Origin: Octopus sinensis
Lineage: Eukaryota
Direction: 5' to 3'
DNA length: 64,000 nt
Assembly: GCF_006345805.1 (NCBI RefSeq)
Contig: NC_042998.1
Span: forward strand, 68,944,001 to 69,008,000
Shown here: positions 12,955 to 25,739 of the stretch, in pieces
Position numbering within the stretch: the stretch's first letter is position 1
Layout of the letters: every line of letters starts with the position of its first letter
Program-made: the position numbers and the translations under genes
Notes under the pieces: generated by a model
Told to the model about the DNA's origin: nothing
What the model saw: only the letters and a program-made list of their open reading frames with translations
Databases searched by the model: none

Positions 12955-13100
12955 CTATTAAAGTGGTGGTGGTGGTGACGGTGGCATGTTGCCAACCCTC
13001 ACTTGTTTTCAAGTAAGCTAATATTTTCTCATGACCAGCAACGTCTTGGAAGATTGGAAACAAAGGACACCACTTGTATGCTGGTGACTCTCGCTTACAG
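12955..13100 (-). CDS. Candidate minus-strand exon (CKRESPAYKWCPLFPIFQDVAGHEKILAYLKTSEGWQH...)
   Basis: Pyrimidine-rich acceptor, donor G|gtgagg, one open frame; contains an (ACC)n run and abuts a ribozyme-bearing repeat. Confidence 0.28.
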
Positions 13101-13205
13101 CTATCATATAATGTAAAGATGAGGAGACAATAACACACAAACATTTTCTATAAGCTTCCTTCTCAACTGATTGTGCTTCTTCTCTCATTCAATTCATATG
13201 TGGTT

Positions 13206-13260
13206 TGTGTCTGATGAATGTTTGAGGTATTTCTCAACATATGAAACTATTAGTAGCGCA
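13206..13260 (+). ncRNA. Type I hammerhead ribozyme, PLE-type, intact catalytic core
   Basis: tgtgt-CTGATGA-atgtttgag(gtattt)ctcaacatat-GAAAC-tatta-GTA-gcgca: stem I 5 bp with two G-U pairs, long stem II, near-palindromic stem III ACTATTAGT, GUA cleavage triplet. Confidence 0.8.
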
Positions 13261-13994
13261 TGAAAGCGTATTGTGTCTATTAAATAATATTTACTTCTCA
13301 GCAGATGGAGTATGTTTTTTGCTGATCTTTTCATATATATATATATATATATAGGAGTGTGGCTGTGTGGTAAGAAGCTTGCTCCTGACCACATGGTTCC
13401 GGGTTCGATCCCACTGTGTGGCACCTTGGACAAGTGTCATCTACTGTAGCCTCAGGCTGACCAAAGCCTTGTGAGTAGATTTGGTAGATGGAAACTGAAA
13501 GAAGCCTGTCACACATATATATATATATATAAAAAAAATATTATTTATTATATATGTGTGTGTGTGTGTATGTGTGTGTATGAATTTGTATGTCTGTGTT
13601 TGCCCCACCCCACCATCGCTTGACAACCTATGTTAGTGTGTTTACGTCCCTGTAACTTAGCGACTCGGCAAAAGAAACTGATAGAATAAGTATAAGTCGT
13701 AGGCTTATAAAGAATAAGTCCTGGGGTCGATTTGTTCGATTGAAAGCAGTGAAAGCGGTGTATGTATATATGTATATGTATATATGTGTATGTATATATA
13801 TATATATATACACACACATATAAAATATAAGTAAGATTCAGTTGAATGAGGTACTTAAATTGAGGCACCTTGTTATATCAGACTAATAAACACACACAGC
13901 AACAATATTGTGTAAATATCAAACTTGAGAACAAATTGAAACCTGTACTTCTACTGTTACTCATTTATATACATAGTCTGATAAATAAGTATCC

Positions 13995-14838
13995 TCAATG
14001 TTGCCATAGTAACTAAGCCAAAGCACACAAAGTAATTCACTTGGCACAGATTGACCTTGAACTCTGTTGTGTGTGCACTAAGTTTTAACGTTCTAGCTCA
14101 CTTCTGCTGTTTACAGCAGTGCTTGGAAGGAAGGTGTGTAACGTGGGATCATCGCATTGACCATGACAGAGAAAGTTGATGTGGTGATACCTGCTCAAAG
14201 GCCAATGCAAAGTTGCTGAAAGTGTATGGAGAGGAGTGTATGAGCTGCACACAGGTGTACGAGTGGTTCAGATGTTTGCAAGATGGCCCCAAAAAGTGTC
14301 GATATTGGCAAATGTTCTGAGAGACCCCACAACCAGCAGAACTGAAGAAAACATCACAGATATGCGTGCAGCTGCGAGGGGAAATCATTGAATCACGATC
14401 CGTGAGTTATCAGTGGATGTGCAAATTAGTTACGGTTCAGTTCAGTCTATTATCACTGAAGATTTGGGCATGAGTCACATGTCTGCCGAGTTTGTGCCAA
14501 AACTGCTTTTACTGACCAAAAAGACACTCAGGTTTCAATTGCACAGGATCTCCTTGATTGTGTTGAGAACAATGAAAATTTTTTGAAAATTTTGTGTAGG
14601 CCTCTGAGCAGGTATTGCCAAGCTTTTTGCAAAATTCGATGCAGATTCTGTGCTCAACTTTCTTTGTCATGTTCAATGCGATGATCACACACTACACACC
14701 TTCCTTCCAAGCACTGCTGTAAACAGTGGAAGTAAGCTAGAACATTAAAACTTAGTGTGCATGCACAGCAGACTTCAAGGTTAATCTGTGGCAAGCGGCT
14801 TCCCTCTGCATGCTTTAGTTTTGTTACTATGACAACAG
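13995..14838 (+). mobile_element. Non-autonomous mariner derivative with two left ends (copy A)
   Basis: Transposase N-terminal HTH region (KVYGEECMSCTQVYEWF, SAEFVPKLL) joined to an inverted copy of the element's own 5' end. Confidence 0.85.
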
Positions 14839-15644
14839 TCCGGATACTTATTGATCAGACTATATATGTGTGTGTGTGTGTCTTTGTGTCTGTGTTTGTT
14901 TCCCACCGCTTGACAACTGGTGCTGGTGCATTTACATTTCTATAACTTAGCAGTTCATCAAAACTGACTGATAGAATAAGTACTAGGCTTTAAAATAATA
15001 ATTGCTGGTGTCGATGCATTCAACTAAATATTCTTATGTTTTAAACCTAGTTCCTACTCTATTGGTGTCTTTTGCCAAACTGCTAAGTTATGGGATGTAA
15101 ACACACCAATACCAGTCGTCAAGCAGTGATGGGGGACAAACACACACATACATATATGATGAGATTCTTTCAGTTTTCATCAACCAAATCCACTCACAAG
15201 GCTTTGATTGGCCCAAGGTTATTGTAGAAAAGACACTTGCCCAAGGTGTCACGCAGTGGGACTGAACCTGGAACCATGTTGTTGTGAAGCAAGCTTCTTA
15301 CCACACAGCCACACCTGCACCTATATGTGTATATTTCTTTTTAACATCTACTTTTCCATTCTTGCATTGCTTTATTAAAGCAGAATTTCTATGGGCTGTT
15401 GCTCTCCCTCTATACCAGTGGATCTCAACTGGTGTCCTTGAAGCTCCATATAAGATTTTGTTGTTAAATTTTTATGCACAATAATCTGGTTATATTACTT
15501 AAATACACAAAATATTTCAGCATTTTTTACACAGATAGAAAGAGGCCCTGACCTGATCTGGTGGCTGTTTATATATATATCATGCGGATAGTTATGTGTA
15601 TTTACTTAACAACTTGTTCACTATCACTTGCCTTTTCAATACAG

Positions 15645-15706
15645 ATAGTTTAGTTGATGTTGATGTCAATAAAATATTAAACAGGCTGGATTTGACAGTG
15701 AAATGA
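15645..15706 (+). CDS. Possible terminal exon (xSLVDVDVNKILNRLDLTVK*)
   Basis: Good acceptor cacttgccttttcaatacag and short open frame; no partner exons identified. Confidence 0.2.
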
Positions 15707-15974
15707 ACTACAAAAAACTTTATAAGTAGCTATATTATTAGTCATGGACTTCTATAATTTATTTACTCCGTGCATAATTAATTTCTATGTAAGCTACTTT
15801 GCTACATGTTCCATGCATTTGGTATATTGATTCTTATAAATGGGTAAACCTGTTTTCTTAATGCATGTCATGGAAATATAGAATTCCATTATGACTAAAC
15901 AATACTTTAAAACTTCAACATTTATTTTCTTCAATTTTTCCAACTACTATGGGCACATTTTTTGAATATCACAT

Positions 15975-16070
15975 GTCTAACACTTGTGAATATATCTAAC
16001 ACTTGTGAACATGTGTAACACTTGTGAACATGTCTAAACTGGTGAACATGTCTAACACTTATGAATATAT
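15975..16070. repeat. ~19-bp tandem repeat tctaacacttgtgaacatg, about 5 copies
   Basis: Direct reading; abuts mariner copy B. Confidence 0.85.
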
Positions 16071-16825
16071 TGACCTTGAACTCTGCTGTGCATGCACACT
16101 AAGTTTTAATGTTCTAGCTCACTTCCACTGTTTACAGCAGTGCTTGGAAGGAAGGTGTGTAGTGTGTGATCATCGCATTGAACATGACAAAGAAAGTTGA
16201 GCACAGAATCTGCATCAAATTTTGCAAAAAGCTTGGCAAGACCTGCTCAGAGGCCTACATAAAATTTTCAAAAAATTTTCATTGTTCTCAACACAATCAA
16301 GGAGATCCTGTGCAACTGAAACTTGAGTGTCTTTTTGACCAGCTGAAAGCAGTTTTGGCACAAACTCGGAAGACATGTGAGTCATACCCGAATCTATAGT
16401 GATAATAGACTGAACTGAATCATAACTAATCTGCATATCCTCTGATAACACACAGATGGTAATTCGATGATTTCTTTTCTTAGCTACACGCACATCTGCA
16501 ATGTTTTTCTCGGTTCTGCTTGTTGCGGGTCTCCCAGAACATTCGTCTCTATCGACATTTTTCGGCTATCTTGGAAATGTCTGAACATTCGTACACTTGT
16601 GTGCAGCTCATACACTCCTCTCCATACACTTTCTGCAAATTTGCGTAGGCCTCTGAGCAGGTATCACCATGGCAACTTTCTCTGTCATGATTAATGTGAT
16701 GATCACATGCTACACACCTGCTAAGCACTGCTGTGAACACTAGAAGTGAGCTATAACGTTAAAACTTAGTGTGCCTGCAGAGCAGAGTTCAAGGTCAATC
16801 TGTGCTAAGCAGCTTCACTCTACTA
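16067..16825 (-). mobile_element. Same mariner derivative, opposite orientation (copy B)
   Basis: Reverse complement of copy A including the internal junction; ORFs 16166-16399, 16215-16493 and 16549-16740 are transposase pieces. Confidence 0.85.
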
Positions 16826-18554
16826 TGTATATATCTAATATAATAAATCCGAAAACTAATTTCTGTGTGTCAGTGTGTCACACTTTGATCCCCTTTCTCA
16901 CTATTCAATGACATTTCCACTTGTGAGTAATAGTAGGCATAAACATGGTGATAGCAGTGGTGAAGACAGAGAAAGAGAGTGAAAGAAAAAGCGAGAGAGA
17001 GAAAGAGAGATAAAGAAATTTAAGGAGAGTTGATATTTTATTAAAAGTAGTAGTGTTGATGGTAGCAGTGGGAGTAATAATGAGAGAGAGAGAAAGAATG
17101 GGTATGTGAGAGAAAGAGGGACTGAACACTAAACCAACATACTCAACTAACATACTGAACAGTGATAGTAATGGGGGTGATAGTAATAGTATGAGCTGTA
17201 GTTGTGATAGAGGCAGAGATGGAGGCGATGATGGTGGTGGTGGTGGTGGTGGCAGCCAAGGCTGTCAGGGATGATAGGTAATGATGGTGGAGCGGAAGGC
17301 AGTGCTGGCAGAGTTTCTACAGCTGGATGCCCTTCCTAACGCCAACCACTCTGTGAGTGTAGTGGGTGCTTTTACATGCCACCGGCACGAGGGCCAGTCA
17401 GGCGGTACTGGCAATGACCATGCTCAAATGGTGCTTTTTATGTGACACCTGCACAGGAGCCAGTCCAACAGCACTGGCAACAACCTCGCTCTAATGGTTT
17501 TTCTCGTGCCACCAGCACAAGTGCCAGTAAGGCAACGCAGGTAATGATCATGCTCCAATGGTGCTTTTTATGTGCCACTGGCATGGAAGCCAGTTTGTTG
17601 CTCTGGCAATGATCATGCTCGCTTAGTGCTCCACCAGCACAGGTGCCAATATATATATATATATCACAGGCTTCATTCAATTTCCGTCAACCAAATTCAC
17701 TCACAAGGCTTTGTTCAGCCTGAGGCAGTAGTAGAAGGCACTTGCACAAGTTGTTATGTAGCGGGACTGAACCCTGAATCGTGTAGTTGGGAAGCAAGCT
17801 TCTTACTACACAGCCACATCTGTGCCTACACTGTCATGCCTGCACCTAAATTAGGATTAGGGTTAGTGTTTCTTGATGCAGAAATTTAATCCCTTTTAAT
17901 CCATTTTTAAAACATGAATATTTAAAGAAATCTGCAAATAAAATTAAAGCCAAAAGATTTTAGGTTTATGATGTGTATTGCATAACTGTGCTACACATTC
18001 TATATATAAGATCCCCTCCTCCTATGGCCCTCCCCTCACAAAAGATTTTTGTCTTGCAAGGTACTTGGTGACCCTGTCAGTGCAGGTGCCACTTAAAAAG
18101 CATCCAGTTCACACTGTAAAGTGGTTGGCATTTGGAAGGGCATCCAGCTGTAAAAACCCTGTCAAAACAGACACAGAAGTCAAGTGCTGGCTTCTGCCTG
18201 GTCAGCTTCTGTCAAATTGTTCCACCCATGCCAGCATGGAAGGCAGATACTAAATGATGATTATGATATTTTGTTCTGTGTGTGCAAGTGTATGAGTGAC
18301 TCTGTGTGTCTGTGTGTGTGCATGTATATATATATAATGCATATATATATTCATATATATATATATATATGTGTATATAAAAACTGGTGCTTCATAGCGC
18401 CTTTGTAATATGTAATTCTTATACACACACACACACACACATATATATGTATATATCAATTTTGCTTATATAAGTGTATATATACACATACATATATACA
18501 AACATATATATAAATGTATATATATATACATATATAAATATATATAAATATATA

Positions 18555-18590
<36 letters not shown>

Positions 18591-19544
18591 TGTATGTATG
18601 TATGTATGTATGTATGTATGTATGTATGTATATACATACACTTATATATTATATACACACACACATGCATACACACACATGCACATACACACACATATTC
18701 TTTTCTACTCTAGGCACAAGGCCTGAAATTTTGGGGGAGGGGACCAGTCGATTAGATCGACTCCAGTATGCAACTGGTACTTAATTTATCGACCCTGAAA
18801 GGATGAAAGGCAAAGTCGACCTTGGCGGAATTTGAACTCAGAATGCAAAGATAGATGAAATACCACTAGCACTTTGTCCAGCATGCTAACATTTCTGCCA
18901 GCTTGACACACACACACACACATATTGTTTACACGATGGTTTCAGATTTTGACCTAAGGCCAGCATATATGGGGAAAGGGCCAAGTTGGTTACATTGATC
19001 CCAGGGCTCACTCAGCTGGTACTTATTTTATTGACCCCTAAAAGGATTAAAGGCAAAGTCGACCTCAGCACAATTTGAACACAGAATGTGAAGACAGACA
19101 AAATGCCACTAAGCATATTGTCCGCCATGTTGGCAAATTTGTTGGCTGGCAGCCTTATATAATGTATATATTAAACTATTTTGATTGATTGTCAGAGTTG
19201 AAATGCATTTTTATAATTTCCTTTTATGGTAAGTTACTCAGACCTGAAACATAAGCAAACTTTAAGAGGGAAAAAAAATCTGTGTAGCTCTCTTGTAACG
19301 AAACTACCATGTTTGATATAACAAATTTATGCAGAATTTTGATGAAATTAGTTGCCAATGCAGTTGCTTATTTGCCAGGCAATACCGAGTTTTCTTACAA
19401 TTTTGCATACACACATATACACATATAGTCTGGTGGTTTTACCTGCCATGAAATGTTCTGCAGTGCTGTCAGCTCAATATGCTACAACGCAATTGAATAC
19501 ATGGGTGTGTATATATATGGAAGAACTACTATGAAAGACTATTA

Positions 19545-21790
19545 AATGCAGAGAATAGATGTGAGAAAGGGAGTCTTCCCGATGTGAACCCAACAGAGGG
19601 ACAAGCTATCCTAATTGATAGCTGCATGATAGATAAGGTAATTAAAGATATGAAGACAGGAAAGGCCCCTTGGTCCATCAGGAGTCATTACCAACATGCT
19701 TTAAGAGATCTGGCTGAGTTGGATATAGTTCTGCCACCCATATAATTAATAAGGTTATTTAGGAAGGCATAATCCCTAGAGACTGGTGCAGCAGCATCAT
19801 AGTCAGCTCCTATAATGGCAAAGGAGATCCCTTAGATAGAAATAATTATCAAGACATCAAATTGCTGGACTAGAGGATGAAAGCTGCAGGGAAAGTTATT
19901 GCCTAATTAATAAGGAACCGAATTAGACTAGATGAAATGCAGTTTGGCTTTCTCCCAGGGAGAAACACCACACATGCTATTTTCGTAGTCAGGTAACTGC
20001 AAGAAAAGTATTTAGTTAAGAACAAGCTGTTGTACTTGGCTTTTGTTGATCTAGAGCAGTGGTTCCCAGAGTGTGCGGTATTGATCCCCTGGGGGCAGTG
20101 GAAAGTTCCAAGGGGGCATTGAAGAAAAGTGGGGTGATATTGGGGTGGCAATTTATGTACAAACAACAAAATAATGGGTTTGTGAGGTTAAGTTTTATTT
20201 GTGAAATACAGTTGCTTTGAATTTACTTCAGAAAGAGGTCTGTGTTTGCGATGGTTAGTTGGAGTGGGGGTGCTAAGAATGTAGCCTGGGTGTCAAGGGG
20301 GCGGCAGCCCGAAAATGTTTGGAAACCACTGATCTTGAGAAAGCCTTCAACAGAATACGTCACTCTGTGATATGATATGGTGGTCACCGAGGAAGCAAGG
20401 GATAGATGAATGGCTTGTGAAAGTAGTACAGACCATGCACAGGGGTACTGTTAATAAGATAAGAGTTGGCCATAGGTACAGTGATGAATTTAGTGTAGAG
20501 GTAGTTGTCTACCAAAGATCAGTCCTCAGCCCCTTCCTATTCATCATCGTCCTCCAGGCCATAATGAAGGAATTTAAGACTGGCAGCCCATAGGAACTAC
20601 TATATGCTGATGATCTTGCCCTCATAACAGAATCTGTAATAGAATTAGAAAAGAGGTTCCAGATGTGGAAACAGAATCTGGAATCAATAGCAAAGGGACT
20701 TAAAGGAAACTTAGCAAAGGCAAAGGTCCCAGTGAGCAAGAAATAAGACAGGGCCCTTCAGTTTTCCAGTAAATGACCTTACTCAAAATGTAGGAAGAGT
20801 GTAGGCAGAAATTCTGTTCAGAGTATCCAGTACAAGCTATGGGCATACAAGAGGTACTGTGGAATGGTTGGAAGGTTAACAGAGAAAGTAGTGTTTGTCT
20901 GTGGAAGATGTACAGGAGCCATAAAGACCACAGATACATGAGAAACTGATATTTATAAATGTTGTGGTAGCTCTCTGGAAGTTATAGATAATTTTTGCTA
21001 TAGATAGGTGACCCAATTAGCAGTGGAAGAGGTTTACAAGAAGTGTAATTGCTAGAATAAGAATAGGATAGGTAAAGTTCAGAGAGCTTTTGCTTCCATT
21101 AGCAACCAATGGTCTCTCTCTCTCTCTCTCTCTCTGAGTGAAGGGAAGATTGTATGATGCATGTATACAAGCTTCAATGCTGCATGGTAGTGAGACATGG
21201 GCCCCGAATGTGGAGGACATGTAAAGGCTCAAGAGGAATGAAGCTGGTATGCTCCACTGGAAGTGTGATGTCAGTGTGCATGTGTGACAGAGCAGTGGTG
21301 CATTGAGAGAGAAGCTGAGCAGAAGAGGATTAGATGCAGTGTGCATGAGAGAAGACCGTGCTAGTTTGGTCAAGTGATGTGGATGGATGAGGACAATTTC
21401 ATAAAGAAGTGCCAGTCACTTGAAGTGGAGGGAATTCATGGAAGAGAGAGACCCAGGAAGACATAGAACAAAGTATTGAAGGCCAATTTCTAAACGCTGA
21501 TCCTTACAAAGTAGATGAGAGAGGTTTGAGATATGTGGCACATAGCTGTACTCGTGAAGACCTGCCCACCACAACGGAACTGAGATCCTGAAACCAAGGT
21601 ACCACATAAAAAGCATTGGTGTGGGTGCTGGTGCCATGTAAAAAGAACTGGTATTGGTGCCATATAAAATGTACTGGGGATGATGCCATGGAAAAAGCAC
21701 CCAATATATTCTATAGAGTGGGTGGTGTTAGAAAGGGCTTCCAGCTGTAGAAACCAAGCCAAAACAGGCTTTGGAACTCGGTGCAGCGCA
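19545..21790 (+). mobile_element. RTE LINE fragment with decayed reverse transcriptase domain
   Basis: DEMQFGFLPG, AFVDLEKAF, ELLYADDL, GRxRPRKT motifs with stops and frameshifts. Confidence 0.9.
20057..20331. mobile_element. hAT-type MITE inserted in the RT domain
   Basis: TIR cagtggttccca / tggaaaccactg; 8-bp TSD atctagag / atcttgag splitting the AFVDLEKA codons. Confidence 0.82.
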
Positions 21791-21926
21791 CACTCTAGCT
21801 ACGTTAGTGATCTCACCCACTGTACTGTAGGTATTAACGATGTGTGGAAACACTTCTAGAGAGTTTAAGTAAAAAATGTTGCTCATTCCAATCTCTATTA
21901 TTTATCTAATTATATAAACTCTACAG

Positions 21927-22032
21927 ATACTATGGCATCCTTGATGTATATCCAGTAGCAGGAGCATTTCCAATGCACAATGACATCCAGTGGATAATAA
22001 ACGTGGATGAGTTTTGCAATAGCATACTTTAA
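21927..22032 (+). CDS. Possible terminal exon (YYGILDVYPVAGAFPMHNDIQWIINVDEFCNSIL*)
   Basis: AT-rich acceptor aactctacag and protein-like open frame to TAA; no partner exons identified. Confidence 0.22.
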
Positions 22033-22257
22033 GGTTTTTACCTAAACTTCTTTTAACTACACACACACACATATCCACCACATGATGCAGTCCTTGTCAT
22101 GGTGTGGGAGCTTACGTACCTCAATAACACTGAGAGCTATACTAAGCAGAGTGAAAGCCTTCTGTGACGCGAAGGTAAAAGAGTAAAACAGTAGACTAAA
22201 ACGAACCACCTCCTCTTTCCAGAGGTAAACATGGGTTTGTGTTAAAAAGCAGGGCGA

Positions 22258-22333
22258 TGGTAAAGAATACGCACACCGGGTGCTTAGGGTTAGGGTTACG
22301 CCGAAAATGGGTGGTGTGCGTATTCTTTACCTC
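22258..22333. mobile_element. Tiny MITE (TIR ggtaaagaatacgcacacc) with central ttagggttaggg
   Basis: Second, oppositely oriented copy at about 29750-29845. Confidence 0.6.
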
Positions 22334-22899
22334 CGCCAAAAAGCAGATACAGGGAGAAGAAGGCCTTCAGAAAAGACGGCCCTGATTTGGGAACAGTGGA
22401 GGAGGGCCGTATACTCCAGAGGGAGCAAAAGATGTGTGTGTGTACACATACACACACATACATACATACATACATACGTACGTACGTACGTACGTACGGT
22501 ATGTGTATGTATGTATCGATTGCATTGTCGCAGTTGAAATGCATTTACATAATTACCTTTTATGGTAAATTACTGAAACACAAGTTAACTTTAAGAGGGA
22601 GAAAAAATATGCCTATGCCCAGCTCTCTTGCAAATATTATAAACACTGTGTTTGATACAATAAATTTATGCAGAATGTTGAGAAATTAGTCGCCAGTGCT
22701 TACTTCCCAGGCAACACCGGGCGTTGATGCAAATCTTACATACATAATCATGTATAAATACTAAAGAAGACTACATTGAACGAAGGCTGCGAGCAGACAG
22801 AATGGTTTGTACACTGGACAAAATGCTTAGCGAAATTTCGTCTGTCTTCGTGTTCTGAATTCAAATTTCGCCGGGGTTGATAAAATAAGTACCAGTCGA

Positions 22900-23095
22900 G
22901 CCATATCGCGGTTTATCATTTAAGCTTACGTCGATTCCTCCGTGGTGGTGTGTTTTGCGTTTATAACAAAATACAAATTTATAAAAATAATAATAATAAA
23001 ATATACAGTATTGTTTCTACTTTGCGGATTTTCACCTATCGCGGGGCGGAGGTTTGGAACGTAACACCCGCGATAGTCGAGGGATTACTACTGTA
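22900..23095. mobile_element. Tigger/pogo-like MITE remnant
   Basis: Right end cgcgatagtcgagggattactactgta resembles a pogo-type TIR; left end gccatatcgcgg is truncated. Confidence 0.45.
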
Positions 23096-23135
23096 TTCCT
23101 GTCGCCCAAAATTGATCACACCTTAATCAACTTAC

Positions 23136-23186
23136 ATATTCAAGTAACAGCCATATAATAAATGCATCATCCAGACTCGAACATCC
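23136..23186 (-). CDS. Candidate internal exon, 51 nt (GCSSLDDAFIIWLLLEY in phase 0)
   Basis: Acceptor gttttgtgacag, perfect donor TAT|gtaagt, phase compatible with 25531-25728. Confidence 0.4.
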
Positions 23187-25164
23187 CTGTCACAAAACGT
23201 GATTCGTTAAACACATGCCTTTGCCAAACAACAAAAGCTGGCGATTTAACAGCTTAAGTACTTCATTCTTGCCTGCTCGTCTTTCTATTTTTATACCTTA
23301 ATAAAAGGTCCTCCTGCTCTAAGTAAAACTGTGATAATTAAAATAGACAAAGACGAATATTAAGGAAAAGGGCCCACCCTCGCGGATATATGTAATTATA
23401 TACAAGTGTTCGCTGTCTTATATTTCTAGGTTATGCATTTGGGCAATTATATTTGTCTCCCTTACCTTTATAAAGAAGCCCCCACCACCACAACCACCAC
23501 AGTCACTATCGTTAGTTGGTAGACGAAGTAGAGCAAAAAGATACACTGCTAACTGCTGCTTGCCTGCTGTCTGGTGTCGTGTTAAAACTTACAACGTTAA
23601 TAAGACACGTGTTAAGTGAGTCACGTTTTTTAGGTTTTTATCCGATTGAGGTTTTATAGCTTGGAGAAGTTGGGCTTTAATATTACACATACAGTATATC
23701 CGTTGTAGCAAATGTGTGCGTGTGTGTGTGCATATATGCATGTATATACAAGTTTGTGCATATAAGTATGTAATATGCATAAGTACATGCATATATACAT
23801 ACACACACACGCACACATATATACACACACATACACACGCGCGCAGGGCTATCTTCTTGCAAGCAGAAAGAATCAATTAATGAGCAAAGGGCGTACGCAT
23901 TACAATTGCCGACCTGGTCAATTTGTGACCTATAATCAAATATATTTCATCTTTGACCATCACGTGTTAGGGATATGTAACAATATATAATATTTGTCCT
24001 TTCTTTACTGTCCTTGTTATTATCTAGCAGATAAGGTGACCACAAGTTAACCTTCGTTGCATGTTGAAGTTAATCGCTAAGAAAGTGAAGTTTCATTGAA
24101 TTTCCAATGTCATGACTGACGATGTATGAGAACGTTTCTAGTTTGGAATCTAAACATAATATAATATCTGATTTAGGATCCTGTTAAATTCCTGCCAAGC
24201 ACTTGAAGTTTTCCAAATTATTTTCAAAGTATGTAGTTCGAATGTAGTTTGGCTTGCTGATGGTGCATATTACATTTATTTATTTATTTTGGAAAGTAAT
24301 AATAGAATATTTCGTCTTTGGATTTGGTTTGCAAGATTCTTTATGTGAGTTCATGTGTTGAAGCATATTTTGTTGTGTCTGGGGAGAGTCAACGACTATT
24401 GTAAAGGTTGCAGGACACAACGAAAATTTTAGGAAAAATAAATAAGTAAATGAGTGGAAACTTTACCGGTGAGTGTATTAAATAATAAAGCACTAAAAGA
24501 GAATGACCCTCCCCAGACAACAAAAGAATAAAATAGTTATAAGCATTAAATTTATGCATTTTAGCCAATTGAAGCTTCCATTGCTGGATGTATCGGAAGT
24601 CGTGCATGAGGACTTTTACCCCGTGGTAAGGGCACAGACGAAACTTTTACACCAGTGGTTCTCGAGCCATTTTCCTCTTTTCTAAGGACCTCTTTGGTTC
24701 CTATTCTACTCGGATAAATCTCCATAGCCAGTCGATGTTTCAAAGATCCTATTATGTTTTTATAATTAAATATTATTAGGAACTGTATAAAAAGAATTGC
24801 TAAAATATTTCATATATTTTAGAAGTAAAACCAGTTTATTTGATACAGACTTTAAGAGCAAAACCGCATGTGAACCCCCACTCCACCTCAAGGTCCATAT
24901 AGACCCCTGTTGAGAATTATTGCTGTATGTGGTCCTTCAATCTGCTAGGAATGGCACACAAACTACACCATAACATCTAAATTAAAAAAAGGACGAAACA
25001 TTCTTTTCTTTACTACTCTAGGCACAAGGCCCAAAATTTTGGAGGAGGGGGCCAATCGATTAGATCGACTCCAGTACGTAATTGCTACTTAATTTATCGA
25101 CTCCGAAAGGATGAAAGGCAAAGTCGGCCGCGGCGGAATTTGAACTCAGAACATAACGATAGAC

Positions 25165-25405
25165 GAAATACCTATTTCTTTACTATCCACAAGGGGCTAA
25201 ACACAGAGAGGACAAACAAGGACAGACAAACGGATTAAGTCGATTATATCGACCCCAGTACGTAACTGGTACTTATTTAATCGACCCCGAAAGGATGAAA
25301 GGCAAAGTTGACCTCGGCGGAATTTGAACTCAGAACGTAGCGGCAGACGAAATACCGCTAAGCATTTCGCCCGGCGTGCTAACGTTTCTGCCAGCTTGCC
25401 GCCTT
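25165..25405 (-). mobile_element. tRNA-derived SINE family S2 (young CpG-rich representative; about 20 copies)
   Basis: ggcggcgagctggcagaa head and gcctttcatcctttcggggtcga core; others at about 9175, 18700-19140, 22790, 25010, 26080, 39640, 40200-40850, 44375-45140, 54925, 55880, 58555. Confidence 0.88.
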
Positions 25406-25530
25406 AAAAGGACGAAACATTGTGCCACAAAACCATTTATTTCCTCACTTTAGTAATTTCCACTTCTTGAGTTTTAATGACATTTAAATGAAAGTCAATT
25501 TCCATGGTTGTAATCTTTTATCGAACTCAC

Positions 25531-25728
25531 GGCCCTTAAAACATTTACTGGGACCCCGCAAATCGATGTTGAATGTACTTTCTCTTGTGGTAAATTGTTT
25601 TGCAGGGTTTGATGGTGTAGAAAGAATACCATCTCATTGTCGGCGTCACCAACACAACACGTAGAAAAACTTGAAGTGGTTTGAAAAATATTTAACAAGC
25701 TCCTCTGATTAAATCGAAAAGTTATCAC
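25531..25728 (-). CDS. Candidate first exon of a divergent minus-strand gene (MITFRFNQ...SICGVPVNVLRA)
   Basis: 66-codon open frame ending at a consensus donor GCC|gtgagt; unique CpG-containing sequence next to a CCAAT motif. Confidence 0.4.
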
Positions 25729-25739
25729 TTTGCTACAGC

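Noticed and set aside
13311-13318. Microexon-like cag|...|gtatgt
   Set aside because: Lies in the AT-rich tail of the hammerhead-bearing element; no gene context
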